Notes: a model not told the origin generated them from the letters alone. DNA of 64,000 nt from Octopus sinensis (GCF_006345805.1 NC_042999.1:90644001-90708000); one strand, 5' to 3'. Positions 12,410 through 25,566 are shown, counted from the stretch's first letter. Program-made: numbers and translations.

Positions 12410-12705
12410 GTAGCAAATTTGTTGAAAGGTGGGTGAATGTTGGAAGGTGGAAGAATGGCCAGTGTAAGGGCTCTAGTCCTGTTGATCAGACACCCGTGAC
12501 TTTGTGGGTTTTCCACGTGGGCCTTAAAGCGCCTCCCCTATTGGGAGTTTTAAATTGTTAAATTTTTTTATTGTTATGTTTTGTTTACACACGGAAAACC
12601 CATTGTATCGTCCTGTTTTTGTCTTTTATGCTGTTACATGTCTTTTAATGTTATTATATGTCAACCTTTGTGGCTAATATAAGAATAAAATTATTATTAT
12701 CATTA
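12410..12705 (+). mobile_element. 3' end of a Tx1/L1-like LINE
   Basis: …CSKFVERWVNVGR…MASV terminus homologous to 41050-41130, T-rich 3' UTR, (ATT)n tail. Confidence 0.5.
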
Positions 12706-13231
12706 GTAGTAGTAGTAATTTACAATAAAATTTCCTGTTGAATATCTCATAGACTTTAAAGTTTTGATGACTTCCAAACAAGCTGTTTCATACTTTTCGA
12801 TTGAGAAAACGAATGTATTTCAACAAAGTGTTTGAAATTGTGACGTTATAATCGCGTTGTTACGTATTATAAGAAAAGAAGACAATAGCACTTGTAGCAT
12901 TTTACTATGCATATTTCATTTAAATGACATACTTCTGTTTTTATTGTTTTAACTATAATAGTGTTTCTTCGTTTTACAGAAATTGTTAGATTCAGAATAA
13001 CTATTCTTTGTGACTATGTTTCTAACACACTAACCTACAGTGGATATCGTGCTGTAATATTTAATGTTGCCTTATATATGTTATTGAGCCGCCATTTTAT
13101 ACGAATAATATGCAATATGTATGGTATACAATACGTATGATATTGTAAAGAATTTTATATTGTGTTAGCTATTATAAAATTAAAGGAATAAATAAGTTTA
13201 TTCATTGGAAAAATTAATTTAAAACAGCACC

Positions 13232-14071
13232 ATGTTCAAACAAATGGAATTTTACGAGAAAAAGGTGGAGTTAAACGCCACCAAGTCTGAATATGTTAAA
13301 AAACGAATTGGATTCGTGGAAAAATTTGAAGAACTTAAAGAGCGGAAATTGGCATTAGAATCTCAAAAGGGAACACAAGCAAAAATGTTTAGAACATTTG
13401 TTCCTTTCATACAACTTTGCCAGAGGAAAGTGAAAGCCAACAAGCGAAAATCAATTATGGCGAGATGGTTATCCATGAAGCTAACCGAAGAAATAGAACT
13501 TCTGAAGAAAAAAACTGTACTTCTTGAAACAAAATATATTAAACTACAACATAGTATTGAGAAACATAAAATTTTCAAAGACTTCATGGAGAAAATCGTA
13601 CGAGAAATTCCTGCCATCACTCATAAGCATGAGTTGATAAATCGTCATCGTGGTTTGGTTCAATGCAACGAAAGGCTTAATACCATACAGGACGAGGCAT
13701 CTGATACACTTACTGGGTTGAAGAGTCGTCGAAAGCAATTTTCTTTCGAGGCTTTACACTTAAATCTTTATAATCAGTTGATTCATCTAAATAATGAATA
13801 TTCCGTACAAAACAGGAAGATAAAAAAATTCCAACAACATCTGGATGGTCTTATCAATACTGGTACACAAAAGATATTAGCTTTGGCCAACATTCGACTT
13901 GTCACAAACGAACTCTATCGTATGATAAAATCAAAAGACACTACTTTAGACACCTTTGTACAACTATCGAAAATTGCCATATATGGAGAACAATTACAAT
14001 CCTCAATTAGGTGTGTTGTGGAACTTTGTAAGAACGACAAAAAATATCGCAGGATTTCTCTGTTTCATTAA
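13232..14071 (+). CDS. CCDC42: Intronless CCDC42/CFAP73-like (DUF4200 family) coiled-coil protein, 279 aa
   Basis: Intact 840-bp ORF with CACC-ATG context. Colinear with family motifs recalled from memory: F..FI..(K)..K, KLQHSIEKHKIFKDFMEKIV, ELINRH..L, LNLYNQL..L, NTGTQKILALANIRLVTNELYRMI, DTFVQLSKI. AATAAA downstream near 14186 and 14257. Confidence 0.75.
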   Translation: MFKQMEFYEKKVELNATKSEYVKKRIGFVEKFEELKERKLALESQKGTQAKMFRTFVPFIQLCQRKVKANKRKSIMARWLSMKLTEEIELLKKKTVLLETKYIKLQHSIEKHKIFKDFMEKIVREIPAITHKHELINRHRGLVQCNERLNTIQDEASDTLTGLKSRRKQFSFEALHLNLYNQLIHLNNEYSVQNRKIKKFQQHLDGLINTGTQKILALANIRLVTNELYRMIKSKDTTLDTFVQLSKIAIYGEQLQSSIRCVVELCKNDKKYRRISLFH

Positions 14072-14695
14072 GAGTAAATGCAAATTTGAAGTTGTTTTGC
14101 GTAAAAAAAACAAAAAAACCTAAAACTGATGCAGCAACATTGATTAAATGTTTCATTCTCAATTTACTGAAATAGCATTTTCTGAATAAACATTTCGTTT
14201 TCCCTATCTATCCAAACGATAAAAGCTTCTTTTTCTTTATACCTCTCCACCATTTCAATAAATTTGCTTTCATTACATGCAAACATTACATAGAAACTAA
14301 AAATGGTGTTGAAGGCAAACTAATTCATCTGTTGCTGCGAATCGAATTCCAGAAGAGAAAACGATGAAAAGATTAGCAATATTGATCGATTTGTATGGGA
14401 CAGAGTTTTACTCATGGTGCATTTCTCTCATTTACTTTCATTTACTTTGACAAAAGAGATGGTTTGCAAAGAGCCATTATTCCCATAGCTCTGTACTTTT
14501 CTCAGTGTTTAGCTGCTTCTGATAAATTCGGTAATCCTCGTGTGGATGCTATCCCCACTATGTTAGCTGAAATTTTCATCAGCTATTATACTTCCAATAT
14601 TATCTCATATATCTTAAATATGATAACGCACGTTAAAATAATCATACATAGGCAGGGATATTTACGCTTACCCACATGCACACGTGCACATATAT

Positions 14696-14830
14696 ACATA
14701 CACACATACATACATACATACATACATACATACATACATACATACATACATACATACATAGATACATACAAACGTACACACATGCTTAAGACACGCATGC
14801 ACACGCGCATACACACAGACACATACACAC
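14696..14830. repeat. (TACA)n/(CA)n microsatellite
   Basis: Direct reading. Confidence 0.95.
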
Positions 14831-15079
14831 ACACATTTATCCAACTGGAACCTAAGTCAAGACTTCCGTGTGGATTACCGTAGTGTTTACATCCATATAT
14901 GAAACATGTCTTGGTTGCATGAGGGTGATGCTTGGATGTCGAAGCTTAGGTAGAATGATAAGTAGTATCGTGCCAGGGAGAGGGTGTCGCTGGAGGTGAC
15001 GTAAAGCAGGTTGTTGATATATATTTTCTGTAACTTCCTTTTCAATGTGGATTTGACCCATCCTGGTATGCTCGATTTC

Positions 15080-15350
15080 CATATTACATACGATTCTTTT
15101 TATCAACGGTAATCTTGCGAACTCAAAACCGAGCCATAGAGCATAGTAAAGTCTCTAGAATGTGGGTTCTACTATCAGCATAGGCTGCAAAAGTGTGATC
15201 TAATAGAAAGTGGACGATCCAAGAGAGAGCTGGAATCCATAGATTGGTTGTTTTCGTAAAGATGTTCGTGCAAGATGCGATTAAATACTTTACTAATGAC
15301 ATGGGCAACATTACTTTTCACAGAATTTCTCCATGGTGAAACTAAGTTTT
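15080..15350 (-). mobile_element. Highly decayed LINE RT remnant
   Basis: HVISKVFNRILHEHLYENN followed, after a frameshift, by IYGFQLSLGSST, resembling VISKVFE.I…QYGFR.GRST. Confidence 0.35.
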
Positions 15351-15904
15351 TAGTAGATTGGAAAATAGGTCTCAAGTAGGTCATCTTTTACGATAGCCAT
15401 GCTGTTGGTCAATATAGAAGGAAGAAAATCGGAGGCGAGAGACTTCCTTGTTAATGGATATCTCTGTCACCTTTAAAATGTTGGTAGTGATGTGTTTGAT
15501 ATGGTGATTGCTGGTGGAATCTGAGAGACTGTTCTACCTGGACAACTTTTGGAAATATGCACTGAAAAAGCATAAAGATTGATGTGATTGGTGAGGATAA
15601 GGGCTGTTTCGGAGTGGGAAAGGTGGCTTATAAAACGAGGATATACATTTACCTCTGGAAACACGCTACACTCTGTTTTATACTCTAAGAAGACAGTGCT
15701 ATGCACTAGCTTCTAATATCTCAAAAAAAAAAAAAAGGAGACATTCATTTCGTTCTTTGAATCTCTCCTTTGCAACCTTCAGTGCAGCTTATGTTACCCA
15801 CTAGTAGGTTCAGAGAAGTTTAGTGAAAGCAGTAATGATACTCTAGACATTAGTAGAACCTTCTGTCATGTCTGCTATTCGAATCTCCTTCGGAAACTTT
15901 CGAT

Positions 15905-16035
15905 CTCACTCACTTACTCATTCACTCATTTACTCACTCACTCATTCATTCACTCACTCATTCATTCATCACTCACTCACTCACTCACTCACTCACTCAC
16001 TCACTCACTCACTCACTCTCTCTATCTTTCTCTCT
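15905..16035. repeat. (CTCA)n/(TTCA)n microsatellite
   Basis: Direct reading. Confidence 0.95.
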
Positions 16036-16229
16036 CTTCCTCATATCGTGGATAAGTAACTACCTATTAACTCTTTGTGTGTCTAAGTGCCTAGAGTTAG
16101 GTTTCAAACCACACTCTTTTCCTTTTCTATATATATCACTTATCTGCTCGCGCCACAATAACGTCCACAATTATGCTCAGTAGACCACTCTTCATTTTTC
16201 GCTAACCTATTCTACCACGCATTATCCAC

Positions 16230-16905
16230 ACACAGTTGGGGAACTACGTACCAAATCTGTACTAATTCCCTGAACAGAGATCCATAGAGCATCCTCTGGT
16301 AGGCCTACACCAGTCTTGTCTCTTTCAATAAGAAACCATTTCATACCAAATAAAAGTCAAGCACTACTGATATGAAGGAAGCACTACCGCATCTTCGCTA
16401 AGCATGAGTAACACCCAACTAGAGCCACCACGGTTACTCCCAATATTAGGTTCCTTATTACTGATAATCTCTCATGGCAAAATCACATCCTTATTATAGA
16501 ATGCCGAAGACTTCTCTTCATAGACTGAAAGGATTTCAGTCCCCAATATACCTCAAGCAAGGGCCACATCTGGGACGGTGTTTCTGTTACACAACAGACA
16601 CCATGGACCGTAAATCAGTCGTCTGATTGACATGAAGTCTCTCACAGATAAGTCCCAGCCGCTGGCCCATTGACTTGCCGTCTCTGCTTTCTACCTTTTT
16701 CATCAGTAATACAATGACTTCAGTTCTTAGAAATTGGCTGGTCTTACATCACTTCTACTCAAGTGCTCCCGATCAACTCGTTTCTTCTTTCATCACCCTT
16801 CGAGTCCTACAATTGCACTCATTCCCCAGGAACATTATCACTCGCGAATCTCGTCCTTGCTCATGTTTTCCCGGCGGGTATCGACATGCAACAGCCAAAA
16901 CTTAA
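16230..16905 (+). mobile_element. Decayed CR1/Jockey-like LINE RT C-terminal remnant
   Basis: ILGSLITDNLSWQNHI, HIWDG and RLAVSAFY remnants in shifting frames. Confidence 0.55.
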
Positions 16906-18315
16906 AGACGAAAACTATATACATTAAATGATTTTATAAATTATGGATATTTTTTAAAAAATTTGTGATAAACATACAAATGACGATTGCTTTGTAAAAC
17001 ACTTTAAAACAATTTAATCAGTACTTTTGTTGTTGCACAAATATGTACATATCAATTTTCCTTTTTTTATTTTTGTACAATGAATGTATACTTTTTTACA
17101 TCGAGGTAGAAAATATCAGTGGCAGAGCTGTTCGAACTGTACCTAGCTTCAAGCGTTCCTCAATACATCCAATCCTGCTGGGATCATTGCCCTTCATCTT
17201 CACCCCATGGGTTATAATCCACATGCTTGTATGGGAGGCCCACCTTTTGAGATGCTGGTCCAAAGCACTGCTTTTTGTTAGGTATACGGCAGGGATACAA
17301 GATTTCACAGGCACAGGGAAAAATATAGATGTTGCACAGACAACGGCCGAACCAGGAAAGAAAGGTCAGACTTGGCCGAACACCGGTCATGTGGGGAGAG
17401 CAGATGAAGTTATAAAACAGACATCACCTGGAACACATTTCTGTGTTTTGTTGAGAGGTATGAAAATGAGCCGTTCTTGTTATCTGCATTTGCAAAAACT
17501 CTGTCTGTTTTTTGGACCGTGACACTAACAAGCCTACGCTGCCATTTACAATTTTCTTGATTCTCTTTTGAGATGTTGGTCCAAGGCACCGCTTCTTGTA
17601 TGGTATTCCTTCCATATCTCGGTCCTTGTGACAGCATCTTCATTTTGGTTGTCAATCTGGAATACTGATCCTAGAGAATACTCGTTATCAGAAGTACTCA
17701 TTCTGACGTCCTGAAACCATTCTGGATTCTTGAGTAGAATAATTTCATCAAATATTCATCAAAATGCTTCCTCTGACATTTGTTCTGGACAAATTATGAA
17801 TCACTGGTTCAACACCAAAAGGATAACCTGCTAAGTATTTTGTGCAAATATCTCCTCCTCCTCCTGTCAAATCATTGGTTGGACTAGTTTCCATAATGGG
17901 GTAGCCATCACCCGTAAGCAAGCCCTGATAATTTGTGCCACAGTTTCACTAATTGTTTTAGACAGAATCATCCTTTCAGCCCTTCCAACCTTAACATGAC
18001 AGTATACCAAAGATGTATTAGTTGGAAGGAGAGAGGATTGTACTAGTTCTAAGTTGGTAATCATTTTCAGCTGGAGAAACTGGAGCAACGTAAAATAATT
18101 TATTTTGCCCCAGGATAAAATTTTCCGACTAGCCTCGGAATCGAACGCAAGACCTTATGATAGTGGGCCAATATCCTAATCCTTAGGTTATGCGTCTTCT
18201 CTCATAACACATACTAGTATCAGACTGGAAATTTCTGTTGTCGACGTCTTTCACTTTGCACTGGACCAATCCAAGCACTGAATGAAAGCTTTAAGCAGTT
18301 GATTACCTTCCTTAA

Positions 18316-18525
18316 GGCAGCGAGCTGGCAGAAACGTTAGCACGCTGGGCGAAATGCTTAGCGGTATTTTGTCAGTCTTCACGTTCTGTGTTCAAATTCC
18401 GCCGAGGTCGTCTTTGCCTTTCATCCTTTCGGTATAGAAAATTATATACCGATTTCGTACTGGGGTCGATCTAATCGACTGGCCTCCTCTCCAAAATTTC
18501 GTACCTTGTGCCTAGAGTAGACACG
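18316..18525 (+). mobile_element. SINE family A (tail type 2)
   Basis: Same head and centre as 1901; tail CCTCCTCTCCAAAATTTC…CCTTGTGCCTAGAGTAG. Confidence 0.85.
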
Positions 18526-19790
18526 ATGATTACCTTCGTTGTTCAAAGATCCAGTCCTTCAAATCATTTTATTGGAAAGCATATACCTGATTTCAGAGTG
18601 CCAACTCTGTTGTTGTTACACGTGAATTTTACGATAAAAACATAGTCCGAAATAGAGAAACAACCTAAAATTTCCGCAGAAAAGTTATTTCAAAACGCAT
18701 TAAATTCATCTATTTCAAAGTAAATGGACACAGCTCTTTTGGTTTCAAAGTTTAAAGGATTTCGTTGTAAGTTGCATCCGAGTTTCATGTGCACCCTACA
18801 GCATAGAATGAGGGCTATGTACAGCAAAATGAATGTTATCTAACTGGTTACCAATTGGAGCTACATCAAATGTCCCTTCACTGAAATACTTACCACTATG
18901 AGAAGGCAAAAATATAAAGCTAATTTCCATTCTCTTTTATTACAAATTCTCCTTTGTTTGTTGTTACACGAAGCACTTCCATAACACCATCATCTTCAAG
19001 ACTATCATTTACCGTTGAATTATCAATATGAAGGCGTTTTCTTATGGGGGGAATCTGCGTAGGGGGAATCTATGTAGAAGGTTCTGTATCATATTTTGAA
19101 TAGTAGTTAATGTGTTCATTCGAGTCGGTAGCTCTTTCTTGCGTTCTAGACATTGCCTATTCCATTTCATTACGTGCAGGATTCGGTGCGTATTAATGTT
19201 TAGTTAATTAGTTTTGAATTACATTTCCCTCAGTAGACATTCGCCTTTACCATATAGAATACTTGTCATATCTCTAATATAGGACATTGTTGATAGTCTT
19301 GTCGCTAACGTACGAAAAGCCATTAAGAATTAGCCTGCGCTTTCTTCTTCTACTTAATACAAACACCATCTCAGCTCTGTGCAAAAATAATCGATATCAA
19401 GCAGACACGGGAAGACCTAAAATATCGTTTTGTATTTTCTCATTGGTTAATCTGAAGTTTTGATGTACACAAAATTACATTAAAAAGCAATAAAAAATCA
19501 TATGATGCGTGTCATAAAAGATTATTCTACAAAAATAATATATCTACAAATTTATTCATTGAAAATTCATTTCTATACTAGTATTTTCCATGAAAAATCA
19601 ATGAGTTGTTGAAGTACCGAATGTAAAACGTAAATCTCTAAAACTATTTTGCTACACCAAAGGCTCACCTGCACATACAAAAGCACCATTGGTCGCTTCA
19701 AACCAATGAAACCGCCAGTTTTGACAAAGTCACTTCGATTACTCTCCGGAATTGAGTCCTAGAGCTACCGTCTAGCCCCTCAGATCTATC

Positions 19791-19827
<37 letters not shown>

Positions 19828-21466
19828 ACACATACACACACACACACACTCACGTGCACGCACGCAAACCTGAAGTGCGCATCGGCAAACTGGATTATTT
19901 CTTCATAACTAAAGGCTTCCTGTGATTGACTTTGGTCATATGTAGCATCAATGAGTCTGAAATAACGAATGCTGTGGTTGATTAGGATATTCTTAAAACT
20001 GCCAAATATCCAAAAACGGAGGTCATGGAATATCCCTGAAATTTTCTGCGTGAGAGTATATAATTAGACAGTAATTGTTTTGAAGCAGGTCTAACAACAA
20101 CCCAGCATCTCAAACCTTTCATTTGAATGACGAATGTTTTGGAACAGAATAAATCACTTTGTGACTTAGATATATTTTGCAGCGCAGATTCGAACAAAAG
20201 ATATCTTGTAAATATAGCAAATGCTTTCAAAGATTGGCCATTTGATTTTAAACGCGTGTAAACATGCTTGTTGTAGTAATCAGTTATGCTGAGAAAGGTT
20301 TGTTTTAAGTTTTTATTCTTTGAATGATTAAGAATGTTGATAACAGTAAAGTTTGAATCAATTTTAAATCAATCCGGTTTAAGTCTTTGGCATGATGCTA
20401 TTGTCTAGGTGGATTTTTGCGTAGTATATTAAAGCTTTCGAAAGGTAATACCAATTAAGGGCCATGGAATTACAAACAGGAAAATAATAGTACTTTAATT
20501 ATTTAAAGCCAGTAGTGTTAACAGTCTCTCAAGAGTATTTAACAGTAAATAGTACAAACGTTTTACTCTTTTTTGTCTAATCCTCCATTCCCGGTAAAAA
20601 AAACAAGTCCCCAAAACACGCATGTTTCTGCTTTTCATCAAGTAACATACTGTAAAAATCTGATACTTAACAATGTTTTGATTTACCACTTATACAACTA
20701 CAAACGTATCTAAACGTGAATAATTTGAAACGATTTGGTCGTTTTGTAGATTTTATACTGGTAGTCTGATAATGTGGCTGTACAGTTATAGCAATTTGTT
20801 AAGCCACAATGTAATGACATTATAAAATAAAGCAAACTTATTCCTCATAAACTATCGAAGATAGTTTATGATAAAGAGCAGGAGATTTATCACTAAGATT
20901 AACTAGTTACTACAGATTAGGAGATTTATCACTAAGATTAATCCGGTAACTAGATCGAAATACAAGTCTTAAGTGACTTAATTAAGTATTCTGTACTATT
21001 GATTAATGTTTAATTATATGCAGCACCATTATTATACTAACAGCGCTAAATTGTATTTGGCAATTGCAGATCTTAAGAATATATTTGATTGCATTTTATT
21101 CTTTGAAGTGACAGACAAATAGGTGTTTTGAAAGAGAATTAGACAAAGTTCTCCACAGACCTTAACAAAAGATTAGGCGAATGAAAAGATTAAAAGTAGG
21201 GAGAAGAACCGAAAATATAAAAAAACTAGGCAGAGGCAGATGATTACGAGTGGATTGATCTGATCCCTAAGATAAGTCGGCTGGTAACACTTGTTGATTG
21301 GTTGCAGTAAAGAAATATTGAAACGTATATACATTTAGATGAGTTGATAATAGCGGTTTAAACATCACAGTGTTGCTTCGCACCAATTTTGGCGCGATTG
21401 AATTGATCTATAATCAAAAGTATTCCAGCCAAGACCATCTCATCTTTTTTCAAGATATTCTTTTAT

Positions 21467-21641
21467 TCTTTTACTTGTTTCAGTCATTTGACTACAGCCA
21501 CTTTAAAGGGTTTTAGTCGAAGAAATCGACCCCAGGACTTATTTTTTGTAAGCCTGATACTTATTCTATCGGTCGCTTTTTTCGAACCGCTAAGTTACAG
21601 GGACATAAACACACCAGTATCGGTTGTCAAGCGAAGGCGGA

Positions 21642-21690
<49 letters not shown>

Positions 21691-21817
21691 CGGACTTCTT
21701 CCATTTACCAAATCCACTCACAAGTCTTTGGTCGGCTCAAGGTACTGCACACTGGGACTGAACCCTGAATCATGTGGTTGGGAAGCAAGCTTCTTACCAC
21801 ACAGCCGTGCCTGCGCC
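21467..21817 (-). mobile_element. SINE family C (CORE-like, internal microsatellite)
   Basis: Reverse complement of GGCGCAGG…GGCTGTGTGGTAAG head, GTGAGTGGATTTGGTA, internal (TG)n, tail …TGACTGAAACAAGTAAAAG; homologous to 59761-60142. Confidence 0.85.
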
Positions 21818-21994
21818 TATATATGTATATATATTTTCTTCGTCTTTTGTTTTTTTTGTAAATTTCAACTATATATATATATACAAGAATTCATCGAATG
21901 TCATTTCTTTAAAGACGGTAAAGTGTAATTTGAGAAAGGTTTTGCAGGTTGAGCGATCACACAGAAACTGCCTCTTTGACTTATAACTATATGA

Positions 21995-22112
21995 TGTTTA
22001 CAACACCTAGGTTTCCCAAGCAGTTAACAATGTAAATGCTATGTAAGTTCGGCGTTGCTTAACTTCAGTCACCGGACAGGAACCCATGCTTTCAGGGAGA
22101 TATATATTGCAA
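21995..22112 (-). pseudogene. Full-length decayed 5S rRNA copy (or SINE3 head)
   Basis: Minus strand CCCTGAAAGCA…GTCCG…GAAGTTAAGCAACG…CTTGGGAAACCTAGGTGTTGTAAACA is colinear with 5S rRNA (box A AGTTAAGC kept, box C eroded); about 118 nt. Confidence 0.75.
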
Positions 22113-22844
22113 AAGCTTTCTTTTACCGACTGAAACCAGTTTACTTCTGACAGTAGAGCACGATTACCACTACTTGATATTTACCTTTCCACAAAGCAGG
22201 GCGATTAATTCAAGTGAAAAAGACATTAACTACAATTATGCCCATGACACAGAGCTTAGAGAGTTAGTTCTAGCTTTGTCCCCTCATATTTATATTTTCG
22301 TATCCTTCATTTTTGTTTTTCTAAAGGTGAAACTGTAAGAACGAATATTAAAGTGAACCCAGTCTTTAATACCACCTCCAACAACTTTCTATTCTGTTAG
22401 TGCTATTTTGTGATTGAACGTGGATATTTCTCTATTGAAACTAAATTTTACTGGTGTCAACATTTCTGGATTAACCTCAACATTTCTAAAGAAGTGTTCC
22501 ATAGGAGCAAGGTTTCTAGAATAAGCATTCTCTGAGAGGTCATGGATGTATCACTAAGAGAATGGTACTGCTGGAGGGGATAAAACTGTTGATGGCATTA
22601 CCTGATTAGAGTGGATTTGAAATATCTCAAACACAATTAAAAAAGAATGCCGCTGGAAGATACGAGATAGAGCTATTTATCCTTAGATGAATTTTATCGG
22701 AAAGGAAAATTCTTAATGTACATGTTTCGCGTAGAGTTTTCTGTTGAACCGAAAACATAGAATCTAAAAGAATGCAGCATTGTTTTCCCTTCAGTAAAGT
22801 TTAGACTCGCCTGATGCGAGTGGAAGGGGCACGGTCATACAATA

Positions 22845-22996
22845 CAGGGGAGGACCCAAGGAGCGGGATCTGAATAACACGTCCTCCGCTCAAGAAAAGA
22901 AGCGCGCCCTTCTAAATAATGTTATTAAGCCCTTGGAAATGTATTCCCTTCTGACCTTGTGCACTCCTTTCGAAAAACTTCCTGGAACCGCGCCTG
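22845..22996. mobile_element. MITE with imperfect TIRs and 5-bp TSD
   Basis: CAGGGGAGGACCCAAGGA … TCCTGGAACCGCGCCTG; CAATA on both flanks (22840-22844, 22997-23001). Confidence 0.6.
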
Positions 22997-25344
22997 CAAT
23001 ATAAACTAGAAAACTTTAAGATCTTCAGAAGTGATGCCATCACTTACCTAACATATCTTAAAAACAACAGACCATTTGACTAAAATTCAAATCAATATAT
23101 TTATTAATGACGTACGCTATCACTGGCAGTATAGTTACAGACCGCATGGTCACTGGCCGTATATTCAATGATTGTATAGCTAGAGGCTGTATAACATCTG
23201 ATCATTGACTTCTGTTAAAAATGCATCATGCTGTTAAAACTGTATCCAAAGAGTAGGCTTCTTCGAAGATGAAAAATACTTCAGACCTGATCAATTGCTG
23301 ATCCTCTAAAAAGCTTAAAGAAACCCCATAATTATGAACTACCCACATATCTGGGAGAATATTAATGTTACATTCACAAACATTCAGAACCGAATTGAAA
23401 GAAAAAGCAATCGATAATTTTGATGATGGAGCAGCTGGAGTAACAATGAAGCAATAGAAAGTTTCCTCACTTGATGTTTTATCTGAAATTGTTGGCTCCA
23501 ATGCTACTTCACAAATACAATCTTTATTATTAAAAGAAATTAAAAACGGATATTTTTTTATTAAAAATTGATTTTTGACTAAAATTTTTGATGGTTGATT
23601 TCTTTCTTATTAATTCTGTGAATTCACATGATTTATAGCTAACTAGCACTGTTTTCTTGCTAAACTGAAATCGTTAAATATACTAGGGAGGGAGGAAAAG
23701 GAACACATATTAGGATAAAAATGAATAGAATTTCAAAGAGTGCTTGACGTTTAGTGAACAAATTTATGAAATTAATAAAATTTATCAGTTTTAGTGGAGA
23801 AGGACTAAACTATTTGTGAATCCATCAAAATAACATTTAAGAGCATCAAAAACAAAAACAAAGAACAAAAAAAAAACGTTTTAATTTCTTAAACAATTGA
23901 CTTTTGTAATGTTTGTTTATCTTAGCAGTTGCTGAGGTCTAATATGAAATAGTAACGGTTTCTTATTTACGCAGAAGGTCAGCATTTTTAAGGAGATGGG
24001 GGTTGGTCGGCACCATTGACCCTAGTATTTGACTAATACTGTGTCGGCCTGGGAGGGAAGACTAGTGAAGTTAATCTTGATGGGATTTGAACTTAGAGTC
24101 AGGTGTAATGCGGCCAAACGCTTATGCGGTTTTGTCAGCTAGCTGCCTTCTCAAACATCTACCTATTGTCTGAAATGATGTACTATACAGTGGAAAATGC
24201 AATACCTGATATACAAAAAGACGGATGGGTGTAGCTGGGATGCTTTTTCATTGTTGAGTCAGAGCTGACCACAGGCTGAACAACACCAGCGACAGGATAT
24301 ATAATACATTAAAAACAAGCAACTGCAGAAATAATTAAATATGAGAAGCAATATTCTGAACCTTCTCGTATTCTTTCTGTAGTTAATGTAGTTAAGGGCT
24401 CTGCACACTTAAAAGCAACACTAACCGAGCAGATTAGCGAAAAATGACACCATATGTCAAATGTTTATATGTATGTCTGTGTGAGTGTGTGTGAACGTGT
24501 GTGTGTATGTGAGTGTGTATATGATTGTGTTTATTCATAGAAGAGATATATCGTATTTGCCTACGTATAAGACAGGCTTTTTCGAATTTTCATATGCTCT
24601 ACATCTAAAGTAGTCGTATTATGCATGGGAGATCGAGTGTCGTAGGATAGGTAGCAGGAGGTAGCATATGTCCACTTGTTCCAGTAATTCTTACTAATTA
24701 GGAAATATTGGAACCCAGACAAAATATCACGGTTTGTGGGTACAAACTTACTAAAAATTGCTTACTTTACACCGACAGTTATGTGGAGAAATCACACCAT
24801 CCTATTACATTTCCTTCCCTAGCATAAGTAACCTGCATCTAATATGTGTCTTACATTATCTAATGACTATGTTACCATTAAGAAGCATTTTAAAATTAGC
24901 TAAATAAAAAATTCTCTTAGAAAGATGAAAGGAATGTTAAACTTTTATCCGCCCATCAACTTTTTGCAGTGAATAAATGACAGCAAAGCCAAAGCGGTGA
25001 TGTAACACTGAGATGGCCGATGGCGGTGCATGAAACATCACAGCCAGAAATTCTTTTGGCCAAAGCATAAACAACTATACAGTTGGTCTGAACAATAATA
25101 AAATTGAAATATGGTATTCGTATAACATAATTTATGATAAATCTATGGATTCATATTTTACTCCTGTATACTGTTGCAGCAGTGTGGCTCAGAATCATAC
25201 ATTTTCTCCTACAAAACTATCTAAAAATATATTTCAATAAGAGTGTGAGAAACATGGAGTTTTTCCCCAGCTTGTCAGACGCCGGCAAATACACTGATAT
25301 TCAGATAAATATAATTGTCCATCAGTAAATTCATGCATACTAAC

Positions 25345-25458
25345 ATGTCTGTCTGTCTGTCTGTCTGTCTACATATCTATTTATGTATGTGTGCGTGTAT
25401 GTTTATATGTATTATGCGCCTGTATATGTATATGTGTATATGTATGTATGTTTGTATA

Positions 25459-25546
<88 letters not shown>

Positions 25547-25566
25547 TACATATATATATGTATATA

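Noticed and set aside
20880-20941. 23-bp exact direct repeat with a 16-bp spacer
   Set aside because: Only two units in eukaryotic DNA with no cas genes; a local duplication, not CRISPR.
23226-23501. 91-aa ORF and a coding-looking opposite frame
   Set aside because: No assignable motif; the opposite frame has stops.
24997-25042. CTGAGA…GAAACATC hammerhead-like string
   Set aside because: The core lacks a nucleotide and the pairing (GTGATG/CATCAC) does not fit HHR topology.
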